From Escherichia phage EPFV3-03/2025: a DNA stretch of 64,000 nucleotides. The notes beneath the pieces were generated by a model. It worked only from the letters and a program-made list of their open reading frames with translations, was not told the DNA's origin and did no database searches. Location of the stretch: sequence record PV435126.1, one strand, 5' to 3'. Below are positions 58,170 to 64,000 of the stretch, piece by piece (within the stretch, counting starts at the first letter, position 1; each line of letters opens with the position of its first letter). A program made the translations under genes and the position numbers.

Positions 58170-58367
58170 ATGATTTATCGAATCCGTGTAAGAGAAGATG
58201 CACCAGGCTGTTACTTTGACTGGCGTGGGTGGTGGTTTCTCCACCCGATGGATGGACTCACAGATAGAATGCTGGATGCTGCCCTTTATACAGATACAGA
58301 CATAGAATATAATCTCTATCTGAAGGACGGTATAGATAACGGTCTATTTGAAGCAATTCCTGTGTAA
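58170..58367 (+). CDS. small hypothetical protein
   Basis: 65 aa; RBS AGGAGG. Confidence 0.4.
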   Translation: MIYRIRVREDAPGCYFDWRGWWFLHPMDGLTDRMLDAALYTDTDIEYNLYLKDGIDNGLFEAIPV

Positions 58368-58435
58368 GAGGATGTGATAGCCATGTTTTATGATCTTCCT
58401 ATAGCGCCACCACCTGTTGAACCCGGAGAACTAAG

Positions 58436-58861
58436 ATGACCTATGAAATGCCAAAACTGATTCGTGATGATGCCCAAAACGCTCACACCATTATTATGGG
58501 CAAACGCATGGATATTATTTGTCATAAAGATTTCTGGGAAGGAAGTTACTTCACAGAGTATTTTGGTAAACTGGACAATGGTCTGCTGATCCAGTTCTAC
58601 ACCGATGCGGAAAACAACATTCACTGGGAGTTCGAAACTGAAGATATTCATAAACTTTTCACCTTCCTCGGTATTAAGGTTGAGGCCAAGTTTGAAGAAG
58701 GCGAGTGCGACGATTGTGGATTCTACGAGGTAACAGATTTCTATCTCCCAAGTGGTGAGAACCTTTACTATGAAAGCCACTTCGGCAACTCAAATATGCC
58801 ACAAGGTTGGGATGAGTTTTTTGAAATTGCGGAAGAGGAGCTGGCATACCGTGATTATTGA
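58436..58861 (+). CDS. hypothetical protein (translationally coupled to macro-domain gene)
   Basis: 141 aa; its stop overlaps the start of the downstream macro-domain ORF. Confidence 0.5.
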   Translation: MTYEMPKLIRDDAQNAHTIIMGKRMDIICHKDFWEGSYFTEYFGKLDNGLLIQFYTDAENNIHWEFETEDIHKLFTFLGIKVEAKFEEGECDDCGFYEVTDFYLPSGENLYYESHFGNSNMPQGWDEFFEIAEEELAYRDY

Positions 58862-59309
58862 TACTGTAGAGGGAGATTTAATCTCCCTTTTTAAGAGCGG
58901 TGCTGGTCACCTGATCCACGGTTGTAACTGCTTCCACACAATGGGCAAGGGGATAGCAAAACAGATTGCCCGTGAGTTCCCTCAAGCATTGGCAGCTGAC
59001 AAAGAGACCAGACACGGTTGCCTAAGTAAACTGGGTGCGTTCTCCCGATGGGAGCACTTATCTCCGAGAGGTATTGTCTACGGAATCAATCTGTATACTC
59101 AGTTCTACCCAGGACCTAATGCTGAATATTTCTCAATCCTGAAAGGCTTTGAGCTAGTCAATGAGGTATTCAGTGGATCGACTTTACCATTCTACATCCC
59201 TAAGATCGGGTGCGGCATAGGCGGTTTGAAGTGGGAGCACGTAGAGGACGTTATTAACCTTGCCACTTTTGATATGAATATTATCGTGGTGGAGTACAAA
59301 AAGTGTTGA
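58851..59309 (+). CDS. macro-domain protein (ADP-ribose binding/hydrolase fold)
   Basis: Track ORF 58752-59309; likely GTG start near 58851 after GGAAGAGGAG. HGCNCFHTMGKGIAKQI and IPKIGCGIGGL match macro-domain signature regions. Confidence 0.6.
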   Translation: MIIDTVEGDLISLFKSGAGHLIHGCNCFHTMGKGIAKQIAREFPQALAADKETRHGCLSKLGAFSRWEHLSPRGIVYGINLYTQFYPGPNAEYFSILKGFELVNEVFSGSTLPFYIPKIGCGIGGLKWEHVEDVINLATFDMNIIVVEYKKC

Positions 59310-59334
59310 CAGCGGGTTTTTGAGATGGTATAGT
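59306..59334 (+). promoter_or_regulatory. sigma70-like promoter (TTGACA-17-TATAGT)
   Basis: Near-consensus; drives a 56-codon ORF starting near 59363. Confidence 0.5.
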
Positions 59335-59559
59335 CACCACAACGATTGAGAGAGGGAGCACTATGGAGACTAAAATCTTAATTCTGGCTGTGATAGATAC
59401 AACCGAAGGGGCTGTGTTCGAATCTGCAGGAGGGTATTTCTACCTACCCTACGGAAAAAGAACTGCTGAACCAGGTAGAGATTCAATCATCAAAGTGTTC
59501 CCGTGTGCTTTCTGGCTGGAGATTTTGGTATAAGATTGCAGAGGATTTGGGAGAGAATT

Positions 59560-59754
59560 ATGAGAAACAAGAGAGAGCTTTACTCTGGCGAGTGGATAAA
59601 CGATCAACAGGTTGGAGAGGTAACCTGCTTCCGGTGTTTTACTCGGTACAATCTTAAAACTGCACCAAAAAGTGTTCCAAAGACTGATGGTTATTACATA
59701 AAAGAGCCTCATTGCCCGAAATGTAAATGCCGAGTATACTGGAGTAACCTGTAA
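59560..59754 (+). CDS. small zinc-ribbon protein
   Basis: Track ORF 59503-59754; probable ATG start near 59560; CFRC...CPKC pairs. Confidence 0.4.
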   Translation: MRNKRELYSGEWINDQQVGEVTCFRCFTRYNLKTAPKSVPKTDGYYIKEPHCPKCKCRVYWSNL

Positions 59755-59758
59755 AAGA

Positions 59759-59786
59759 TTGACATCTGAAAACTACAGTGTATAAT
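59759..59786 (+). promoter_or_regulatory. sigma70-like promoter (TTGACA-16-TATAAT)
   Basis: Consensus hexamers upstream of 59818. Confidence 0.55.
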
Positions 59787-59817
59787 ATACGCACAGACTA
59801 ACAGAGAGCGACGTATT

Positions 59818-60009
59818 ATGGTAATTTTTAACCGGGATGGCATCATAGTTAGACAGCACCCCTTCCTTGAATACTATCAAATTGAGCAATGGTGCTACGG
59901 AGATTGCAGTCACTCCTATGGGCAAAGTTGGGGATATCGCACAGTTTTTGAATCAACAGACCTTGACAAAGTAAGACAGAAAGTTTTAGAACTTATTAAC
60001 AACAAGTGA
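59818..60009 (+). CDS. small hypothetical protein
   Basis: 63-aa ORF downstream of the consensus promoter. Confidence 0.45.
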   Translation: MVIFNRDGIIVRQHPFLEYYQIEQWCYGDCSHSYGQSWGYRTVFESTDLDKVRQKVLELINNK

Positions 60010-60019
60010 GTATCGTGCC

Positions 60020-60352
60020 ATGGTAACATTGGAAAGACGTAAAGCTATCGCCGCCACACTGGCAGACATCTTTTGGGATTGCAACTTAAAAGATACCCGA
60101 AATTGTGGCGCATCTGTAGATGTATTATTCCCACGGCCCACCATTGTTGCTATGGGAAACCTGTTAAACGTAGTGTACGGAGCATGGGACAAAGAAGGTG
60201 GATTCTATATCTGGCAACCTGACTACGGAGCCTGGAAAGAGGTAAGGGGTGCGGATGACTTTGGGCCTACAGTTGCTAAGATGGATGGCTGGGAAATTTA
60301 TGTTGGAAACGACATGAGGCTGAAAGGCGAGATTGTTTACTGGTTACCTTAA
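60020..60352 (+). CDS. hypothetical protein
   Basis: 110-aa ORF. Confidence 0.45.
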   Translation: MVTLERRKAIAATLADIFWDCNLKDTRNCGASVDVLFPRPTIVAMGNLLNVVYGAWDKEGGFYIWQPDYGAWKEVRGADDFGPTVAKMDGWEIYVGNDMRLKGEIVYWLP

Positions 60353-60372
60353 GAAAGTGCAGGAGATAAAGT

Positions 60373-60618
60373 ATGAACAAAGGGTGGACATTTGTAGACG
60401 GCGTTAAAAACATGCCTCTAGGAAAGTATATCGTAGCCATGACTGATGAGGATGGCAATGTAGATTTCGGAGCTTGCGAGGTTGTTCTTGCAGGGTCTGG
60501 TAACTATGTGGACAAAACTGGGATAATTAACGGTCAGTTCTACTTTGATCACAACCCTGTTGTAGCGTATATGGCTATGCCAGAGTTCAAGTTCCCAAAG
60601 GGGGGTGCCGATGTTTAA
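60373..60618 (+). CDS. small hypothetical protein
   Basis: 81 aa; RBS AGGAGA. Confidence 0.45.
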   Translation: MNKGWTFVDGVKNMPLGKYIVAMTDEDGNVDFGACEVVLAGSGNYVDKTGIINGQFYFDHNPVVAYMAMPEFKFPKGGADV

Positions 60619-60805
60619 GCTTAAATCTGCATGGAACATTGCTGTAGGTGATGAGATCCGCATTCCAGGTGGTAAAACTATTATGAAAATATCTCGTATC
60701 GAGTACGAAGGTGACCGTGTATTCCACATCTTTGCAGAAGATGGTCGAGAAATTTATATACAGGCAGGCTCACACATCTATATTCGTAAATGGGATGACA
60801 AATGA
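60605..60805 (+). CDS. small hypothetical protein
   Basis: 66-aa ORF overlapping neighbours at both ends. Confidence 0.4.
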   Translation: MPMFKLKSAWNIAVGDEIRIPGGKTIMKISRIEYEGDRVFHIFAEDGREIYIQAGSHIYIRKWDDK

Positions 60806-61131
60806 CAGAGATCATCATTTCAACTGCAGGATATGTATTCCTGACAATCATTGCGCTGATCATCTTGGTGGTGGTGTATGGATTTGTTATCCTGCCTATT
60901 CTTGAGACATTTAGTTTGTGTCGGTGTTGGAGAAAGGCTTACGGACCACAGCCGTGGAGAGACTGGCCCCACCTGTTACGCATAGCGTTCTCTTATGCCT
61001 ATGATCACTCCAGTAGTGCATGCATAACCGGGTATCACGCCCACAACTGGAACTGGGAAGGGCTGGGGAGATGGAGTGTTATAAAAACTATACCTCTACG
61101 CATGTACAAGCCTAAAAACAAAGATAGTTGA
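60802..61131 (+). CDS. membrane protein
   Basis: 109 aa; strongly hydrophobic N-terminal segment IISTAGYVFLTIIALIILVVVYGFVILPIL. Confidence 0.45.
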   Translation: MTEIIISTAGYVFLTIIALIILVVVYGFVILPILETFSLCRCWRKAYGPQPWRDWPHLLRIAFSYAYDHSSSACITGYHAHNWNWEGLGRWSVIKTIPLRMYKPKNKDS

Positions 61132-61444
61132 TACTTGAAAATCCCTGGCACATCAAGTATAAGGGGGATTTCTAAAATGGATTTCCTCCTTTTGATATTT
61201 TACCTAGCCGGATATTTTAAAATTCCTAGAAAATCAGAAAATGGATCGAAAACTAAAATGGATTTTTTCAAGACAGGCACGATAAGCTGCGCTGCTCATT
61301 CTATCATTCGCACCGTACTCCAAATCACCGTTCCAGATTTTCCGCACACACTCTCGCCCTTCTACCAGAACTTTCCCAACTTACCTTCGGCCTTTTATGA
61401 CAATAAGTTAATTATTATCAGTAAGTTTTGATACATCTCTCTCA

Positions 61445-61625
61445 GTACTCGATCTGTTTTTCATTTCAAAGATTGGATTTTCTGAAAAATTTTCTCGATA
61501 AATTTTTCGGTACTCGATCTGTTTTTCGTTTTCTGAATCAGATTTTCTGGAAATCGTTCCGGCGCTCGACCTGAAATTTTTGGGGACGAAATCGATTTTT
61601 CGTTTTCAGAAACGGATTTTTAAAA
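61445..61625. repeat. three imperfect direct repeats (~55-65 bp; GTACTCGATCTGTTTTTC... / GATTTTCTGRAAA)
   Basis: Two near-identical copies of GTACTCGATCTGTTTTTC and a third degenerate copy, each with GATTTTCTG-like submotif; non-coding. Confidence 0.6.
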
Positions 61626-61737
61626 TTTCTATATGGGAATATTTTAGGAGGTATTATTTTATATAGAATTGTCACGGTAGGTAATTAGCATGCTAACTAA
61701 ATTTATGAAATGCGAAAAGTTCTCATTTAGAATTTTG

Positions 61738-62060
61738 AATGATAATCATTCTCGTTTGCAGAATAACGGGCACCCCCGGTGATTGTCTCCCGGCCCCTAC
61801 TGCCCCGGCTTGTTATTATAGTATCACACAGGACAAAGAAAGCAAGAAGTTTTTGCATAAATTTTTAGACGATAATGATAATCGTTCTCATTTCATGCAG
61901 CGCCCATCCCCGGTGGTTGTCTCCCCCGTCACCGGTGCCTGCCGTCCTTTCGATATGTATATTGTGCCACCTGGCGGGGCCGCTGTCAACACTTTTCAAA
62001 AAAAAAAATTCTAACCTGATGCGCTAACCGCTGCAACCTGGCGGGGCCAGCCTGGTGGGC
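61738..62060. repeat. GC-rich direct repeats in AT-rich context (GATAAT...CCCCGGTG.TTGTCTCCC twice; CCTGGCGGGGCC twice)
   Basis: Two copies of a ~60-nt unit and two copies of CCTGGCGGGGCC; contains an 11-nt A-run near 61995; overlapped by an improbable track ORF. Confidence 0.5.
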
Positions 62061-62102
62061 CTACGCTATAGGATAGGCAACAATTGAAGAGGAGGTACAA
62101 AA

Positions 62103-62279
62103 ATGAAAGGTAATAGGATCCCCCTGGAAAATGTAGCTATTAATAACGCTGAGGCTATCGCCCTGGTTGAAAAGGCTATGGCGGGAGCGTTGGAACATAA
62201 AGAAGAGTACGAAAAAATGATGGTCAACCTAGCAGGGGCGGCGGCTGGAGAATTCTACCCAAAAAATAATTTTAACTAG
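62103..62279 (+). CDS. small hypothetical protein (58 aa)
   Basis: Not in the track (under 60 aa); ATG after GAAGAGGAGG RBS; MKGNRIPLENVAINNAEAIALVEKAMAGALEHKEEYEKMMVNLAGAAAGEFYPKNNFN. Confidence 0.4.
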   Translation: MKGNRIPLENVAINNAEAIALVEKAMAGALEHKEEYEKMMVNLAGAAAGEFYPKNNFN

Positions 62280-62282
62280 TGG

Positions 62283-62311
62283 TTGACAGCTCGGACAGTT
62301 TTTGTTATTCT
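62283..62311 (+). promoter_or_regulatory. sigma70-like promoter (TTGACA-17-TATTCT)
   Basis: Upstream of 62365. Confidence 0.45.
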
Positions 62312-62364
62312 TATCCTCGCAAGGTGAACAACACCACACTAATCAACAGAGAGGATAAAAAATC

Positions 62365-62562
62365 ATGAACGCCTACGGAATTAAAGTACGTCGCAGCACT
62401 CGCCAGGTGGTCACCGATCAAATGATTTGCCAGGTGGATGTGACCATCAACAACGGGCAAGGCCTTTATAAATTCCGTCGCGGTCAGAGCTATACCCGGC
62501 AACAGCTTAATCGTTGCGCCCTGACAAAAGGCCAGATCAACCACTGGTTTAATAAAAAATAA
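62365..62562 (+). CDS. small basic protein
   Basis: 65 aa; RBS AGAGAGGA. Confidence 0.45.
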   Translation: MNAYGIKVRRSTRQVVTDQMICQVDVTINNGQGLYKFRRGQSYTRQQLNRCALTKGQINHWFNKK

Positions 62563-62565
62563 GTA

Positions 62566-62594
62566 TTGACATATAGGCCGACACCAAATACACT
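62566..62594 (+). promoter_or_regulatory. sigma70-like promoter (TTGACA-17-TACACT)
   Basis: Upstream of 62627. Confidence 0.45.
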
Positions 62595-62626
62595 AAAAGC
62601 ACAAAAGACACTGAGAGGATAAAATC

Positions 62627-63025
62627 ATGAAAACCACCACCTTTAATTTTGATAATGCGGACTTTTCTTTTTCTGATGTCAATAACTGCCGCCGTGATCG
62701 TGGATTTTACAAGGCCTATAATCTGGTGGGCCTGGATGATGACAATAATTTGCACGAAGTAGCTGAGATCCGGTATTATGCCGCCGCCAGCGGGAACACT
62801 CATTACTGCGTTTTTTGGATACACGACAACAAGAACAATAAGTACGGCTATACTGGCGGCAAGGCGAGCGGACACGGTTATGATAAAGCCAACGCAGCAC
62901 TTGAGAGCGCATTAAATGCTATGGGGATCACTGCCGACGGCTGGATCTACGAAGAAGAGTTTTTGTCGGCACTTGCTGACCGCCTGGGCTATAAAAAGCA
63001 CATTGTGACATGTGCCCACGAATAA
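62627..63025 (+). CDS. hypothetical protein
   Basis: 132 aa; RBS GAGAGGA. Confidence 0.5.
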   Translation: MKTTTFNFDNADFSFSDVNNCRRDRGFYKAYNLVGLDDDNNLHEVAEIRYYAAASGNTHYCVFWIHDNKNNKYGYTGGKASGHGYDKANAALESALNAMGITADGWIYEEEFLSALADRLGYKKHIVTCAHE

Positions 63026-63031
63026 AAATCA

Positions 63032-63060
63032 TTGACACGCTGCAAAATTCAAGTAAACTA
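63032..63060 (+). promoter_or_regulatory. sigma70-like promoter (TTGACA + TAAACT-like -10)
   Basis: Upstream of 63108. Confidence 0.4.
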
Positions 63061-63107
63061 GGCACAAAAGGCGGGAATGTCTCCCGCCAACATAAAGGAA
63101 AAAGATC

Positions 63108-63512
63108 ATGAATAAGAACGTACGCCGCATCATGAACGAGCTGGCAAACGATGAAAAAATTATTGACATGCATTTGATCAACATTTGCCGCCGTTGTGTA
63201 ACATACAACAACCGCGCCGCAAAAGCGCGTGAGATGAACGCAAAAGGCACCTTAAAGCCATTTCAGGTGGTGGTAAAGGCCATTAAAGATGTAACTAATA
63301 CGGCAAACCAGGCACAGGAGAACACCAACGAGAGTACCAATATTGATCCGGCTTACATCATGAAACGGATCCGGATCTGTAAGAATAAAGAGCAGATATA
63401 TAACGTCATAGATTGGTTGGATTCTATGGGCGACGTGGTGTACAACAGGTTTTCTGCAGCTATTGAGATCCAGCTTGACAGGTTGGACGGGAAAGTACTG
63501 AAAACTTATTAA
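63108..63512 (+). CDS. hypothetical protein
   Basis: 134 aa; RBS AAGGAAAAAG. Confidence 0.5.
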   Translation: MNKNVRRIMNELANDEKIIDMHLINICRRCVTYNNRAAKAREMNAKGTLKPFQVVVKAIKDVTNTANQAQENTNESTNIDPAYIMKRIRICKNKEQIYNVIDWLDSMGDVVYNRFSAAIEIQLDRLDGKVLKTY

Positions 63513-63530
63513 GTTTATTTTTAGATGGCC

Positions 63531-63560
63531 TTGACTCCAGGGCCATCAATAAAGTAAACT
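63531..63560 (+). promoter_or_regulatory. sigma70-like promoter (TTGACT-18-TAAACT)
   Basis: Upstream of the 39-codon ORF at 63593. Confidence 0.4.
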
Positions 63561-63592
63561 AGTCTCAACTAAGCGAAAAAGGGGGCTTTAAG

Positions 63593-63712
63593 ATGAGCAC
63601 TACACGCCCATACACAAAGGTAACTATTATCGTTTGCGTTGTCGGTTACATCCTGGCGCAAATGTTAATGAGTAGCGCCAACAGTTTTGCAAAATTTTTC
63701 TTAAATTTTTAA
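63593..63712 (+). CDS. very small hydrophobic peptide (39 aa)
   Basis: ATG after AAAGGGGG; MSTTRPYTKVTIIVCVVGYILAQMLMSSANSFAKFFLNF; one predicted TM segment. Confidence 0.3.
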   Translation: MSTTRPYTKVTIIVCVVGYILAQMLMSSANSFAKFFLNF

Positions 63713-63740
63713 TTGACAAGCTAACCCAAATCAGTATACT
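63713..63740 (+). promoter_or_regulatory. sigma70-like promoter (TTGACA-16-TATACT)
   Basis: Near-consensus; upstream of 63796. Confidence 0.5.
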
Positions 63741-63795
63741 TAAACACGTAAACGGGAAAACTTCCCAAAACACAAAAAAAAAAGGAGAAAACACC

Positions 63796-64000
63796 ATGAC
63801 TACTATGACCGCCGCAGAAAAAGCTATGCAGATCGCCGCGCTGAAAAAACAGATCGCAGACCTTGAGAACAAGATCGATAACTTTGAAATCGACGAGGAC
63901 AAGTACGACGAAAACTATGATGACTGGTTAGACGAGATCTACGGCGAAATTATGATCGGTAACATTTCTTTTCTTCCGTCGCGTATCCTCAAGGAGTTAG
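63796..64000 (+). CDS. hypothetical protein (3' truncated by window end)
   Basis: ATG after AAAGGAGAAAA; coiled-coil-like MTTMTAAEKAMQIAALKKQIADLENKI...; runs off the window. Confidence 0.45.
   Translation, partial: MTTMTAAEKAMQIAALKKQIADLENKIDNFEIDEDKYDENYDDWLDEIYGEIMIGNISFLPSRILKEL

Noticed and set aside
61135-61431. Track ORF (98 aa) as a protein-coding gene
   Set aside because: Its translation mirrors DNA-level repeats (AAAATGGAT iterons give repeated KMDF), there is no convincing RBS, and it sits in a repeat-dense island; treated as non-coding.
61445-61625. CRISPR array
   Set aside because: The repeats are imperfect, about 60 bp long and directly abutting without unique spacers of regular length; no cas genes; the context is a phage genome.
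61739-62014. Track ORF (91 aa) as a protein-coding gene
   Set aside because: It spans the two GC-rich direct repeats and the A11 tract and has a Pro/Gly-rich low-complexity translation; more likely structured non-coding DNA or RNA.
61780-62060. tRNA gene(s) in the GC-rich island
   Set aside because: No T-loop (GGTTCGAATCC-like) or D-loop consensus and no cloverleaf-compatible acceptor stem found by eye; a tRNAscan-type search would be needed for certainty.

Overview
This window reads as part of a large virulent tailed-phage genome (about 40% GC, dense coding, rho-independent terminators, sigma70-like promoters). Three modules are visible. (1) 1-28521, + strand: late/structural genes dominated by tail-fiber, tail-tip and baseplate-type proteins, including a 1266-aa fiber with a C-terminal intramolecular-chaperone domain, a lambda-J-like 1279-aa tail-tip protein with tandem coiled-coil repeats, and two paralogous fibers flanking a Tfa-type assembly chaperone. 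(2) 28569-35350, - strand: a cassette of 13 small or unknown genes (Zn-ribbon, HAD-type phosphatase, vWA/HExxH protein, HNH-like protein). (3) 35427-64000, + strand: early/replication genes - MoxR-like AAA+ ATPase, SleB-like secreted wall hydrolase, rIIA/rIIB, Dda-like helicase, compact C5-cytosine methyltransferase, T7-gp4-like primase-helicase, T7-like family-A DNA polymerase, SSB-like protein, macro-domain protein, and many small ORFs with their own promoters. The most striking observation is that the DNA polymerase gene is interrupted twice: in frame by an intein carrying LAGLIDADG-like motifs (51157-52125), and by a compact ORF-less group I intron (52537-52812) that separates the last 117 codons, including motif C, from the rest. 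Other candidates worth follow-up are a MoxR/vWA-metallopeptidase pair on opposite strands, a macro-domain gene translationally coupled to an unknown ORF, and a repeat-dense non-coding island at 61.1-62.1 kb. All functional calls come from motif recognition by eye; no database search was run. Coordinates of non-ORF features are approximate to within a few nt.
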